Positions 1-9,702 are shown, counted from the stretch's first letter. The stretch: DNA of 64,000 bases from a virus (IMGVR_UViG_3300014969_000016:51715-115714); one strand, 5' to 3'. The notes: generated by a model from the sequence alone, not told the origin. Made by a program: numbers and translations.

Positions 1-96
1 CATGGCCAGGTCATGGAGATCGTGCAGCACCTGCTGCAGTTCTTCCATCACCACTTGGTAGGACAGTGAACGACTCATGGCCTGAGAGTACGTGGG

Positions 97-303
97 TTAC
101 ACCCAGTCGTCGGGGATCGGCGCTATGTCCCAGCGCCGTGCCTCGTCCTTGAAGACAGCCGCCATGCCCCGGAGCACTTCACGTTGGGTCATGCAGTCGG
201 CCTGTGTTATGTCAATAGGAGCATTCCACTCCGGGGACACCTTGTCTGGCTCGTCGGGACGGCTGGCCAGGCGGCTCAGCAAGTCTTTGTTGTCAGCCAT
301 CAC
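97..303 (-). CDS. hypothetical protein
   Basis: ORF in a tightly packed minus-strand run. Confidence 0.5.
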   Translation of the reverse strand: MMADNKDLLSRLASRPDEPDKVSPEWNAPIDITQADCMTQREVLRGMAAVFKDEARRWDIAPIPDDWV

Positions 304-583
304 GCTCCTTCAAGTGGCTCACGTCATACCCGGCTTCGGCCTCGTCGGCTAACGCCTGTATCTCGGCATCGGTGAGCACCTTGCCGGTCTTGGTGCGGTA
401 CGTCAGCTTCTCCAGAACCTGAGTCTGCTTGCCCATGATCTCGGCGTGCGTGTCCATCCGGAGTTGGGCATTCTCATGCCACTCGGTGTGCGTCTCCTGA
501 TCGATCTCGGCCACCAACGCAGCGCACACGCCGCAGCGGGTGAACAGCCACTTGTCCATGCGGTAGGCGTCGAAGTACCTCAT
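293..583 (-). CDS. hypothetical protein with CxxC...HxxxH Zn-binding motif
   Basis: Start at MRYFDAY overlaps the upstream stop (ATGA); CGVCAALV...THTEWH. Confidence 0.55.
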   Translation of the reverse strand: MRYFDAYRMDKWLFTRCGVCAALVAEIDQETHTEWHENAQLRMDTHAEIMGKQTQVLEKLTYRTKTGKVLTDAEIQALADEAEAGYDVSHLKERDG

Positions 584-978
584 TGGCCCATCTCGTCGTA
601 GTCGGGGTGATCTGGTCCCCAGCGTCGGCCGAGGTAGGCGTCGCACTCGGCCTTCAACTCCATCACGTACTCGGCTTCTTCCCTGGAGCCGACCTCGAAC
701 TCGGTCACCTCCAAGATCGAGTTGAGGTACCCACGGCTCACCCGCTGATGGGTCGTGGCGGTGAACGATCCGCTCGACGCCGACGTGGTGAGCGTGTAGG
801 CGGTGCGCTCGATGTGGTCGGCCAGCAGTTGGGCGATGAGGGCGATGTCAGCGACGAGGTCACCAGCCCACGGGGCCGTTTCCCAGGCCATCCGCGTCCG
901 ATCCTCCAACTCGCCCGCCTTGGCCCGGAGCAACCTGACGGCCCGCTCCGGGGTCAGCTTCTCATCGGGCGATGTCAT
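580..978 (-). CDS. hypothetical protein
   Basis: ORF with upstream GGAAGGAG; overlaps neighbours. Confidence 0.55.
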   Translation of the reverse strand: MTSPDEKLTPERAVRLLRAKAGELEDRTRMAWETAPWAGDLVADIALIAQLLADHIERTAYTLTTSASSGSFTATTHQRVSRGYLNSILEVTEFEVGSREEAEYVMELKAECDAYLGRRWGPDHPDYDEMGQ

Positions 979-1204
979 TGGCCCTCCTTCCGCACCACAC
1001 GCAGTAGCGGTGCTCTGGCTTCATGCACTGGTCGTCTTCGATCTGGTGGCCGTAGTGGTTGCAGAAGATGGCGTTGACGGCCTCTTCGACCAGGCTGTGA
1101 ATCCAGTCGTCGCTGCCGTCCTCGGGGTACCCGTATTCCTCATCGATCACCGTGTCGGTGAGGAAGTTCTGGACGGCTTTGGTCCACTTCGGGCGTTCAC
1201 TCAC
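962..1204 (-). CDS. small Cys/His-rich hypothetical protein
   Basis: FCNHYGH...C...YCVWCG. Confidence 0.55.
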   Translation of the reverse strand: MSERPKWTKAVQNFLTDTVIDEEYGYPEDGSDDWIHSLVEEAVNAIFCNHYGHQIEDDQCMKPEHRYCVWCGRRANDIAR

Positions 1205-1403
1205 TGTGGTTCGCCTTCCAGTCGAGTAGGACCAACACGGCCGACGCCAGTTCGTGGACCGAACAAGGATGGCGGGTGTAGTGACAGTAGGCGCAGCGGT
1301 CGTAGCCGTTGTCCTCCTGGTTGGCCGGGGTGTGGAGATCGCGCTCGCTCTCGGCGTACTGGCGCATCTCGTCGTCGGTGTACTCGGCGTTGTTGACGAT
1401 CAT
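1197..1403 (-). CDS. hypothetical protein, H...CxxC...PC motif
   Basis: Start taken at MIVNNAEY; DLHTP...CAYCHYTRHPC. Confidence 0.5.
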   Translation of the reverse strand: MIVNNAEYTDDEMRQYAESERDLHTPANQEDNGYDRCAYCHYTRHPCSVHELASAVLVLLDWKANHSE

Positions 1404-1491
1404 CTCGTCATCACCTTGACCAGGACGCCCAGCCAGATGATCGCCGCGATCACCAGCACCGTCGCCACGGCGGCACGCACTGCTGGATCGG

Positions 1492-1839
1492 TCATGCCCT
1501 CGCCCCTCGGTAACGAGCCGCCACCCGCTGCACGTCAGGGTGCTGAGCAAGGTCGTGCCCAATGATGTTCTCCCACCCGACAACCATGCGGCTGAGCACG
1601 TCCATGAGATCGTCGGCCAGCGCCATCTCCTGAGCCAGCCGGGACGGCGGCTTGGGCGGCTTTGGTGGATGCTTCACCCAGTTGTCCTGCAACGGCCTTC
1701 CCATCGCCAGGAATGTGCGCCCCGTGTGCTCATGCACGGTGGTACCGCCATTGGCGGTGACACACAGTTCTCCCACTTCTGCCTCACACCGGGGACACAC
1801 GACGGTGAGGGGGTCAGAGAAGTTGGGATTGTTCCTCAT
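1492..1839 (-). CDS. phage Zn-finger protein (leaderless)
   Basis: CPRCEAEVGELC...HTGR; ATG 6 nt after a TATAGT box. Confidence 0.6.
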   Translation of the reverse strand: MRNNPNFSDPLTVVCPRCEAEVGELCVTANGGTTVHEHTGRTFLAMGRPLQDNWVKHPPKPPKPPSRLAQEMALADDLMDVLSRMVVGWENIIGHDLAQHPDVQRVAARYRGARA

Positions 1840-1845
1840 GGAGCA

Positions 1846-1873
1846 ACTATACCGTATCTTTGCAGTATCACAC
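1846..1873 (-). promoter_or_regulatory. promoter GTGTGA-N16-TATAGT
   Basis: Variant of the genome-wide promoter, directly before ATG 1839. Confidence 0.55.
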
Positions 1874-2113
1874 TACCAGGGCGGCTTTTCCTGCCTCGTT
1901 GATCTTCCACACCCGGCATTCGCCCAGGGCGCCCTCCCAATGGACCTCCATGTCCACCAGGCGGCGCCTGACCAGGCTCTCCAGGGTCTTGCGGGTCAGG
2001 CTGGGGCTGCACCACACCCACTTGGCTTCGTACTGCCACGGCCCCTTGTCCTGGAGCATCTTCAACACCGTGCGCTGGTTGTTGCCCAGGCCCAGCAACG
2101 ACCTGTGTGTCAT
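1868..2113 (-). CDS. winged-helix-like hypothetical protein
   Basis: Start MTHRSLL; TRKTLESLVRRRLV...WKINEAGKAAL. Confidence 0.45.
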   Translation of the reverse strand: MTHRSLLGLGNNQRTVLKMLQDKGPWQYEAKWVWCSPSLTRKTLESLVRRRLVDMEVHWEGALGECRVWKINEAGKAALVV

Positions 2114-2533
2114 GTCGGTTCTTCGGGTATGACGGTGCGATGCATGCGCTCTGGATCTTCCTGTTGCTGTTGGCGTTGGTGGTGCTCGCCGTGGGATCGG
2201 CGCTGACCGGTAGGTGGCTGATCCAGCATGCCGTCGAACCGTACAAGGATCCGAACGCGCTAGTCGTCGCTGTAGTCCTCCGGGTCTGACTTGCCGCCCT
2301 GCTCCAGCCACGACCCGATGCCAAAGGCAAGTATCAGAAGTATCAGCATGAGGCCCGCCGTGGCTAGGAAGTCCACCCACGGGTTCATCACGATGAAGTC
2401 TGGCATCACCCCTCCCCCTATCGGTTGCTCTTCCAGACCGACCAGACGCACACCCCCAGCAGGATGACGGCCAGCACATTGAAGGCGGCGGCAAGGAGGG
2501 TCTTGGAGTTGTCGCTCACCCGCCGAGTATCTC

Positions 2534-3040
2534 TCACCGGGTGATGGCGCGCATCGCCCTTCCGGCCGTGACCGCCTGCTGCACGGTCTGCGTGCTGACG
2601 ATGGAGTCGGCCCACACCAGATGGCACAGCCCCTTGCGGTCAGTGCCGATGAAGAACCGGCGCCCCGAGTTGAGCCAGGAGCGGGAGGTCTTGACCAGGC
2701 GGATCTGGTAATGCTTGATGGCGCCCCAGCGTGTGCGCACGTAGGCGATGTGGCCGGGGATCAGCTTGTCCTCGGCCGGGTCGGCCACCTTGGGCCACTG
2801 CTCGCGCTGGGCACGGGCCTCCACGATGACGGCCTTGGCCCTGGCCCGCTCGGTAGTTGGGCGGGGCGCCGGTCGCTGACGAGATTGTTGCGGTCGCGTC
2901 TTGGGGATCAGCTTGGTCCGGGGCATCTCTTCGGTCAGCAGCCCGTGGATCATCGTCTCGTCCTCTTCCGTCAGTACGAAAGGACGAGCGACCACCCGCT
3001 CGTAGTAGCTGTTCCCCACCAGGGGGTCGCCAGGGATCAC
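2534..3040 (-). CDS. hypothetical protein
   Basis: GTG start overlapping the upstream stop (GTGA). Confidence 0.5.
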   Translation of the reverse strand: MIPGDPLVGNSYYERVVARPFVLTEEDETMIHGLLTEEMPRTKLIPKTRPQQSRQRPAPRPTTERARAKAVIVEARAQREQWPKVADPAEDKLIPGHIAYVRTRWGAIKHYQIRLVKTSRSWLNSGRRFFIGTDRKGLCHLVWADSIVSTQTVQQAVTAGRAMRAITR

Positions 3041-3459
3041 GCCGTCATCTCCAGGTCGGGCAGTTGCATCAGCACCCGGCGATGCAGCGGCGTCGAGATC
3101 GCCGCAGGCACGTGCGGCCAGTGACGGCTGATGACCAGCAGCGGATCCTTGGTCCCCCACTTGGCCAGGCCGTAGCGCACCAGCCGGTGGCAAGCCGCCA
3201 GCATGTCCTCGACGGTGATGCCCATCTGACCGGCCCAGCGCTCGGCGTCGAACGTGATCTTGTGGTCGGTGGTCAACAGCAGGTCGATCTTGCGGGCCAG
3301 CAGGATCGCTGCCGGTCCCAGGTAGGGCAGCCATTCCTTCTCGACGTACTCGGAGCGGATCCGCTCGGTGTCGGGGCCGGGGCTGTCGTCGTCCTCGGTG
3401 GTCACCATGAACTTCTTCGGCGTACGCGGCTCCACCAGGTCAAGGGTGTCCAGGGTCAT
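3037..3459 (-). CDS. HTH-like hypothetical protein
   Basis: SD GGAAGGAG before MTLDTL; WLPYLGPAAILLARK...RLVRYGLA. Confidence 0.6.
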   Translation of the reverse strand: MTLDTLDLVEPRTPKKFMVTTEDDDSPGPDTERIRSEYVEKEWLPYLGPAAILLARKIDLLLTTDHKITFDAERWAGQMGITVEDMLAACHRLVRYGLAKWGTKDPLLVISRHWPHVPAAISTPLHRRVLMQLPDLEMTA

Positions 3460-3638
3460 GACGCTCCTTCCATGCATTGGGGGCTGTACGGTATCACAAC
3501 GTCCCTTAGCGACAAAGGCTTCACCAGGAGACGGCCACGAACCACCACACCAGCGCCGTGGCGATGACCAGGCAGATGATGGCGCAGATCACCGCCACCA
3601 CCGTGATGCAGCCATCGAACACCGACACAGCCTTCACT

Positions 3639-4292
3639 TTAGGGGGCCGTGTAGTAGCCATAGACCATCCTCCATCCCCGGCCGTCGTCGGTGCTGACAT
3701 GCCGGGAGACGCTGGTGTCCCAGGTGTCGTACAACACGCCATCCACCATGGCGGTGTAGGCCTTGCTGATCTTCAACACCAACGAGCCGCCCGGTAACTC
3801 ATCCGGACGGACATGGACCGTCTCCACCTGGCCGATACCGGCCGTCGCCGTCCACACGAACCCCTTCGACTCGGCGTAGGCCGATACCACATCGTTGTGG
3901 GGCATGTGATCGGGCTTGCAGTGACGCGTCCCGTCCCGATACAGACGTTTGAGAGCGTTCGACTTACCAGCAAGCGCCCAGTCCCGTATCGCATCGCAGA
4001 TCTCACGGTATGTCTGGTGATACTCGGCGCCCGTTGGGTGCGGCCCGTACTGCGCTATCGCGAAGCTGCGCACCACACAGGTGCCGTGGAACTCGGTCAC
4101 CCGTGTGTCACCGGACTCCCGTCGCCCGCCGTCACTCACCACGAAGAAGTCTTCGGGCACCGGGACGAACTTGTAGGCCTTGCCCGTCCCTTCGTGGAGC
4201 CGGTAGCCGTAGCCCTCCAGGATCTCCCGTTGGCGCCTCGCCAACTCTTCGGCTTCACGCTGGGCATCGAACCCAGCCATCTTGACGTTCAT
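3639..4292 (-). CDS. conserved phage protein (CVVRS...DGVLYDTWD), leaderless
   Basis: Motif pattern resembles a common phage family; TAGACT 6 nt before ATG. Confidence 0.55.
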   Translation of the reverse strand: MNVKMAGFDAQREAEELARRQREILEGYGYRLHEGTGKAYKFVPVPEDFFVVSDGGRRESGDTRVTEFHGTCVVRSFAIAQYGPHPTGAEYHQTYREICDAIRDWALAGKSNALKRLYRDGTRHCKPDHMPHNDVVSAYAESKGFVWTATAGIGQVETVHVRPDELPGGSLVLKISKAYTAMVDGVLYDTWDTSVSRHVSTDDGRGWRMVYGYYTAP

Positions 4293-4516
4293 GACGCCAG
4301 TCTAGCACGCAAAGGTACGGAACCTTAACTATTCCTTCCAGATCAACAGCCAGCGGCCACGCACGTACTCGGGCTGCACCCACTTGACGTGGAAGCTCAC
4401 GGCAAAGCCCTCATCCCAGGGGGGCGGCTCCATCACCGTCTCCACGGGGAACGCCGCCTTACCACTCAGCGCCAGCACCACACCATCGTGCGGCCCACCG
4501 AACCATTCGGCTTCGA

Positions 4517-4747
4517 TCACGGCTGGCACTCCAGTTCGTGGTTGGCCAGCCCGTTCTCGGTACGACACTGCTTGCCGCACCAAACACAGGTCAGGGCCAT
4601 TCGGCGCTCGGCGGCAACGATCTCTGCCTCACGGCGTTCGGCATACCCCGGCTTGGCCATGTCCCTGAGCATCTTCATGGGCGACTTGCGCGTCGCCTCA
4701 ATCGCCGCCTCGCGCCGTACCCGCCGAACCTCGTCGTCCTCACTCAT
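4517..4747 (-). CDS. small protein with C2HC Zn finger
   Basis: CVWCGKQCRTENGLANHELEC. Confidence 0.6.
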   Translation of the reverse strand: MSEDDEVRRVRREAAIEATRKSPMKMLRDMAKPGYAERREAEIVAAERRMALTCVWCGKQCRTENGLANHELECQP

Positions 4748-4991
4748 CAACACACTCCCACTTGTCGTGCTCGGCAAGCTCGGCCGGGGTAGAGAATGTC
4801 ACATCACAGTACGGGCACGTCAACAGCCCCTCGTTCTCCAGCCACTGCAGGTAGAACCGGCGCTGGGCCTCACGCACCCCAGGCGAGTTGGCCAAACTCC
4901 CCGTTTGAGCGGCCTCCAACATGCTGCGCCACACATCAACGGCAACCTCTACAGAGTCTTCCTCGTCACCCTCACCCTCATCTTCCGCCAT
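4740..4991 (-). CDS. small protein with C2HC Zn finger
   Basis: CPYCDVTFSTPAELAEHDKWEC. Confidence 0.55.
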   Translation of the reverse strand: MAEDEGEGDEEDSVEVAVDVWRSMLEAAQTGSLANSPGVREAQRRFYLQWLENEGLLTCPYCDVTFSTPAELAEHDKWECVDE

Positions 4992-5003
4992 CCCGGCAAC
5001 GTA

Positions 5004-5981
5004 CTAGCAACTTTGTCCCTTAGCGACATGAAGGGGATCAAGGGGATCTGAGTTACCGCGGCAGCGGTAGACCGGCCCCCGGAACTTCCCATACACCGGT
5101 TACAACAGGTAACAGCACTCCATACCACAGTTACGTACATCCAGCCAGTGCAAACTCTCAAACCACTCACAAACACTCCCAAACCGGCTGTTAAGCACTA
5201 CGAGTTGACAGCACTACCCGAAAAGTGACGTTTCCGTTTGTATTTTCACCCTCAGCACGCTGGGGGTATGGTTTAGCCACTGTTGTCACAATGCGTATTC
5301 TAGCAACTCGCTGCACTACTCAGAGGGAGTTTAGGGCTTAAACCTACCCATGGGTGCTACAAAGCCCCTGGTGGGCCTTTGATCTTAATGTGGCGGGCGT
5401 AGCCCGCCATAGTATCAATTGGCCGCCGCTGTGCGGCGCCCATTTACTAGCAACTGCATGGCTGCGCAGCAGCCATACAGTCATGCGAGTTGCTAGTCCA
5501 ATGGCCTTTAGGCCATTGGAGTTGACAGTATCGCACAGTTAGGCGGCCATGTCGCTATGCGACAATGAGCCATACAGGTGTATGTACACGACATCGAGCA
5601 TGCGATACGTGCATGCCGATAGGCATGACCGTAGGGTGAGCAGGCATTGCGGTACGTGCTCTAGTTACTAGCGCACGTGCTAGAGGGTGTGCGTTAGTAC
5701 CTACCTGGTGCTATGGCATGCTCTAAGAGGTTGCTAGGGCCGCCGATTGGTGCGCCCCCTGGGGGCACTGATGGCACTGGTGACACTGGTGAGCGTGACC
5801 AGGGCCGCGGTTGGGGCGCCCATACAGCGGTATGCGTGTGGACAGCTACGATGCCCTGAGACATGCCTGTGTGCCCGTAGAGCCACGCAGTTGCTAGTAG
5901 GGTACGCTGATACCACAGGGGGCGTTTGCGTCGCTCTCAGAGGCGTACAGAGGCCTCTCAGGGAAACGCCCTGCTAGCAAC
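5004..5981. repeat. ~1 kb non-coding region with 7 copies of GTTGCTAG/CTAGCAAC
   Basis: Copies at 5004, 5300, 5447, 5489, 5730, 5890, 5974; variant GTTACTAG at 5664; lower GC; no credible ORF. Confidence 0.8.
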
Positions 5982-5990
5982 CGGTGAACG

Positions 5991-6021
5991 CAAACAGCCC
6001 CAGGGGGTTACCCTGGGGCTG
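5991..6021 (-). terminator. intrinsic terminator after SNF2 gene
   Basis: CAGCCCCAGGG-N5-CCCTGGGGCTG followed by TTTG on the minus strand. Confidence 0.7.
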
Positions 6022-6038
6022 CGTGAGGGGGGGATGGC

Positions 6039-7754
6039 TCAGGGCCGATACTGAGCCTGGGCCGATGGGTACCAGGCCTGCAGCAGGCTCTCAGTCAGCG
6101 TGTCCTCATCGATGGTCACCGGCCGACCGGCGTTCACCGCATCGCATATGGCGCTCTTCTCCTGCAGCACACCGAACAGGTGGCCGTCGATGGTCGGGGT
6201 GCCATCCTCCTGGCAGGCCTGGAGGATGTGCCAGGTGATGGCCTCGCCATCGATGGCCCGCTGCATGCTGATGCTGTCGGTGCGCAGGATGCGGTCCATG
6301 GCCTGTTTGAAGTCTCCCGCCGACCAGGGAAGCTGGGCGAACACCGCATCAGCCGCAGCCGTGAGGGTGACCCCGACCCCGGCCGCACCGATCTGTGCCA
6401 GGCAGACCATCGTGTCGCTGTCCTGGTTCTGGAAGTCATTGATGGTCGTCATGCGACGGTCGCCCGTGACCTTGCCATTGATGGTGCAGTAGCGGATGCC
6501 CTTGCTACCCAGGGCCACGCCGATGGTTTCCCAGGCTCGCGTGTGGTGGTAGAACACAACGACCTTGCGGCCCTGATCGACCAGTTGCTGCACGTAGTCC
6601 ACGGTGGCGTGCGCCTTGGCGTTGCCCGCCTCCTGCCACAGTGCGAACATGCGCTGGGCCGCTTCCATCTTCGCCTTTGCGAAGTAGGCCTTCGGACCCT
6701 CATTGCGCATGACGGTGCCCAGGAAGTCATTGGCCAGTTCGTTGTACCGGCGCAGCATGCCATTCAGGGCGATGGGGACGACGACGATACCGCTGTTCGG
6801 CAGCAGGTCGCCCAGGTCGCTCTTCTCCCGGCGCACGTACACCGTGCTGCGCAGGTTGGAGTGAAGCTCGGCCGCACGTGTGAAGTCAGTACCGAACACG
6901 GTGAACTTGCGGCCCTTGGCCCACTTCTCCACGGGGGCGCAGTAGCGCCAGAGGAATCCGGATCCCTTGTGCGCACCAGGTGTGAGGGCCAGCAGCAGGT
7001 TCTCGCCACCCAGGTAGCTCAGTGGCACCATCGATTCGACCACGCGGTTGGTGAGCAACGTGCCAGTCATACCGACCAGGGGCGTGCCCTGGGCGCGCAG
7101 CGCCTCACCCAGCGCCATCATGACCTTGGCCCGACCGGTGGTCGCCTTGCCATTGCTGCCCTTGTCACGGTGGATCTCGTCACGCACCACAATCTTGGCG
7201 GCGCGGATGAAAGCGTTCGCCTCCAGCCGAGTCTTCTCATGGCCATCGCGGTCGGTGTAGGTCACGGTGCGCGTGGTCCACGCCTGCATGGTCTGAGAGT
7301 GGTCGCTGATCCAGTACACGTCAGCGATGGGGAGGCTCGCGAAGTCAGCCTTGATGCCCTTGATGTGGTGAAAGCGCAGGCCGGGGAAGGCGGCTTTCAT
7401 GTCACCCATGTATCCGGCCTGGGTGACGGGCGGGGCGAAGACCACGCCGTAGCCACCGTTGGCGATGCGCTCAGCGATCAGGGCCAGGGCGACGCGAGTC
7501 TTGCCCATGCCCATGTCATCACCGATGACGGCGCAGCCGAACGATGCGAGGGCGTGATTGGCCGCGACGCGTGCAGCGGTCTGATGCGGCAACTCAGGTG
7601 CGAGCAGTCCGGGGGGCGGCGGGGCGATGGCAGTCAGGGCGCTGGACAGATCGAACATGACCGGATCCAGGCCGGTGGCCAGGGCCGCTGGCGTCGGTGC
7701 GACCACGGGAACGGCTTGCGCCGCCTGCGTGATCGATGAGGGAAACAGTGACAT
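6039..7754 (-). CDS. SNF2/HARP-like helicase
   Basis: GDDMGMGKT, VRDEIH, MTGT...NR, GVGVTLTAA, QAMDRILR; start MSLFPSS after GGAG. Confidence 0.85.
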   Translation of the reverse strand: MSLFPSSITQAAQAVPVVAPTPAALATGLDPVMFDLSSALTAIAPPPPGLLAPELPHQTAARVAANHALASFGCAVIGDDMGMGKTRVALALIAERIANGGYGVVFAPPVTQAGYMGDMKAAFPGLRFHHIKGIKADFASLPIADVYWISDHSQTMQAWTTRTVTYTDRDGHEKTRLEANAFIRAAKIVVRDEIHRDKGSNGKATTGRAKVMMALGEALRAQGTPLVGMTGTLLTNRVVESMVPLSYLGGENLLLALTPGAHKGSGFLWRYCAPVEKWAKGRKFTVFGTDFTRAAELHSNLRSTVYVRREKSDLGDLLPNSGIVVVPIALNGMLRRYNELANDFLGTVMRNEGPKAYFAKAKMEAAQRMFALWQEAGNAKAHATVDYVQQLVDQGRKVVVFYHHTRAWETIGVALGSKGIRYCTINGKVTGDRRMTTINDFQNQDSDTMVCLAQIGAAGVGVTLTAAADAVFAQLPWSAGDFKQAMDRILRTDSISMQRAIDGEAITWHILQACQEDGTPTIDGHLFGVLQEKSAICDAVNAGRPVTIDEDTLTESLLQAWYPSAQAQYRP

Positions 7755-7790
7755 GGTGATAGCTCCGGGATACGGGAAGTGGGAAAGGTC

Positions 7791-7838
7791 AGTGTACAGC
7801 CTGCACCCTGGTATCACAACGTGCTGTGATACCAGGGT
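7791..7838 (-). promoter_or_regulatory. cassette repeat 1: TTGTGA-N17-TACACT with 14-bp hairpin
   Basis: ACCCTGGTATCACA-N6-TGTGATACCAGGGT. Confidence 0.8.
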
Positions 7839-7859
7839 ACCAGGGTACGAGCGGCAGGC

Positions 7860-8729
7860 TCAGCCCCAGGGCAGGCCGTTCTTCTTGGCGCACACCGGCC
7901 CGTAGCCCACGGCCACCGAACGGTTGTCGCCCTCATCGGTCAACTCCAGGTTGCAGAAGCAGCAGTGGTGCGTGGCCCAGCCCAGGCCAGCAGCCTCAGC
8001 GGCCGTGGCGGGGCGCCCGTTGCGCACCATGGCCATGCCACCCTTGACGTAGTCCCAGGACAGCTTCTCACCGGCAACCGGCGCAGCGATCAGGCGCATG
8101 GCGTACTGGTTGCCCGACGTGCGGCCCGTGCGGATCAGCCAGAAGGATGACCAGTCGCCCTCAGGGCCGACCACGTACAGCCCGTTGGCCAGGGGCGTGC
8201 GAGGCGCACCCTTGGCAGCGACCATGCGGCCTGCAGCCTCACGCTGGCGCTCGGTGAGCGTGCGACCAGCATCAGCCTGGCCCACCAGGCTCGCAGCGAA
8301 CTCACGGTTGCGAGGCGACGCAGCCGCATCGTCAGCGATGGCTCGCAGCGCTTCGACCAGGTCGTCCTTCGGCGTGACAGCCTTGGCGATCAGGTTGCGG
8401 GCGGCGAACAGGTTGATCAGCATGGCGTAGGCGACGTTCTCGTCGGCCGTGCCAGCGATGACCTGGCCCAGGACGCTCATGTCCACGGTGGCCAGGGGAT
8501 CGGATGCGAACGTGTGACCAGCGGCCAGCGCATCGATGCTGCGCACCGTGCCAGCGACCTGGGCGGCGATGGTGGGGGCGCACGTGGGGCAGATCGCGAT
8601 CCACTTGCCAGAGGCATTGACGGCGGCGTAGCCGTGGCCCACTCGCGTGGCGTCCTTGCAGAAGAGGCACTGGCCATCGCGCTTGGTGGCGATGACTCGG
8701 CTGAATCGGGCGAGGCCTGGAGTGTTCAT
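7860..8729 (-). CDS. DUF6011-like Zn-finger protein
   Basis: C-terminal HCCFCNLELTD...SVAVGYGPVCAKK; N-terminal CxxC...CxxC. Confidence 0.7.
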   Translation of the reverse strand: MNTPGLARFSRVIATKRDGQCLFCKDATRVGHGYAAVNASGKWIAICPTCAPTIAAQVAGTVRSIDALAAGHTFASDPLATVDMSVLGQVIAGTADENVAYAMLINLFAARNLIAKAVTPKDDLVEALRAIADDAAASPRNREFAASLVGQADAGRTLTERQREAAGRMVAAKGAPRTPLANGLYVVGPEGDWSSFWLIRTGRTSGNQYAMRLIAAPVAGEKLSWDYVKGGMAMVRNGRPATAAEAAGLGWATHHCCFCNLELTDEGDNRSVAVGYGPVCAKKNGLPWG

Positions 8730-8780
8730 GGGAGTGATCCGATCTCCGCACGGTGGCGGGGTGAAGTGGTGACAGGGATC

Positions 8781-8840
8781 ATGATAGGGCGCATACCCTG
8801 GTATCACAACACGGCGTTGCTAGAAACTCGGGAATCTTTC
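8781..8840 (-). promoter_or_regulatory. cassette repeat 2: TTGTGA-N17-TATCAT
   Basis: CCGTGTTGTGATACCAGGGT core; GTTGCTAG at 8816; upstream AAAGATTC. Confidence 0.75.
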
Positions 8841-8938
8841 AGGGCATCCCTGACGACATAACGCGGAGCAGCCCTGATCCCGTCCCACCCGGATGCGGTA
8901 GCTCGGTGGCCTCGCGGCCCCGCTCGGAGTGGGCGCCC

Positions 8939-9211
8939 TCAGCAGGCGTCGTAGACCACGCCCGTGCCGTTGCACTCGGAGCAGATGTCCACCTCAGCGA
9001 GCATCGCCTTGGCGACGGGGCTGGCCAGGCCAGAGCCTGAGGTGAGCGCCCAGCAGGCGGTGCTCACGGCATCGGAGAATCGGCTGCCGGTGCAGTTCAT
9101 GATGTAGTGCGCCTCTTGCGAAACGACGGGGCGCAACTCATCGGCAAGACCGGAGTTCACGAAGATCAACTCGGCCCTGGGGTTGCCCAGCGTGGTGGTG
9201 GTGGTGGTCAT
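8939..9211 (-). CDS. hypothetical cassette gene, leaderless, C-terminal CxxCxGxG
   Basis: ATG 6 nt after TACACT; MTTTTTTLG...CSECNGTG. Confidence 0.65.
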   Translation of the reverse strand: MTTTTTTLGNPRAELIFVNSGLADELRPVVSQEAHYIMNCTGSRFSDAVSTACWALTSGSGLASPVAKAMLAEVDICSECNGTGVVYDAC

Positions 9212-9217
9212 GGGATC

Positions 9218-9278
9218 AGTGTACAGGCGATACGTGGGTATCACAACACACTGTTGTGATACCCACGCAGATTTCTCA
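9218..9278 (-). promoter_or_regulatory. cassette repeat 3: TGA-GAAATC, 16-bp hairpin, TTGTGA-N17-TACACT
   Basis: CGTGGGTATCACAACA-N3-TGTTGTGATACCCACG. Confidence 0.85.
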
Positions 9279-9617
9279 GACCTGCGTGCAGCCCTCCGCA
9301 GCCGCAGCCGCAGCGATCTCGTCACGCAGGCGGCGCATGCGCACCGCACGGGCGTCCTGCTCGGCGCGAGCGATGGGCGTGTTGCGGAACGCAGCCAGCA
9401 GGCCGTCGTTGCCACGGTTGTGGGCCATGATGATGACAGTCTTGTTGGGACCAGTCGTGACATTGATGCTGGCGAACCCGCTGCACAGGTTGCCGGTGGC
9501 GCTGTTCACAGCATCCACGGTGCGGGCGATGGTGTAGCCCAGCGCGAGCATGTCACCGATCTCGGTGGCTGCCCACGTCTCGGTGGCGTAGTCGGTGGTG
9601 AGGGTGAGGGTGTACAT
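9276..9617 (-). CDS. hypothetical cassette gene
   Basis: Start MYTLTL after AGGA; stop lies inside repeat 3. Confidence 0.65.
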   Translation of the reverse strand: MYTLTLTTDYATETWAATEIGDMLALGYTIARTVDAVNSATGNLCSGFASINVTTGPNKTVIIMAHNRGNDGLLAAFRNTPIARAEQDARAVRMRRLRDEIAAAAAAEGCTQV

Positions 9618-9641
9618 GGTGGTGAGTCCTGTCGGTCGGTG

Positions 9642-9702
9642 GTGATACCAGTGTATCGGGCGCACCGTGTTGTCACAACACGGTGCGCCTGATTTCTGAT
9701 CA
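9642..9702 (-). promoter_or_regulatory. cassette repeat 4: 15-bp hairpin, TTGTGA-N17-TACACT
   Basis: GGCGCACCGTGTTGT-C-ACAACACGGTGCGCC; upstream AGAAATC. Confidence 0.85.

Noticed and set aside
6180-7739. 519-aa plus-strand ORF
   Set aside because: Antisense shadow of the SNF2 gene, typical of high-GC DNA
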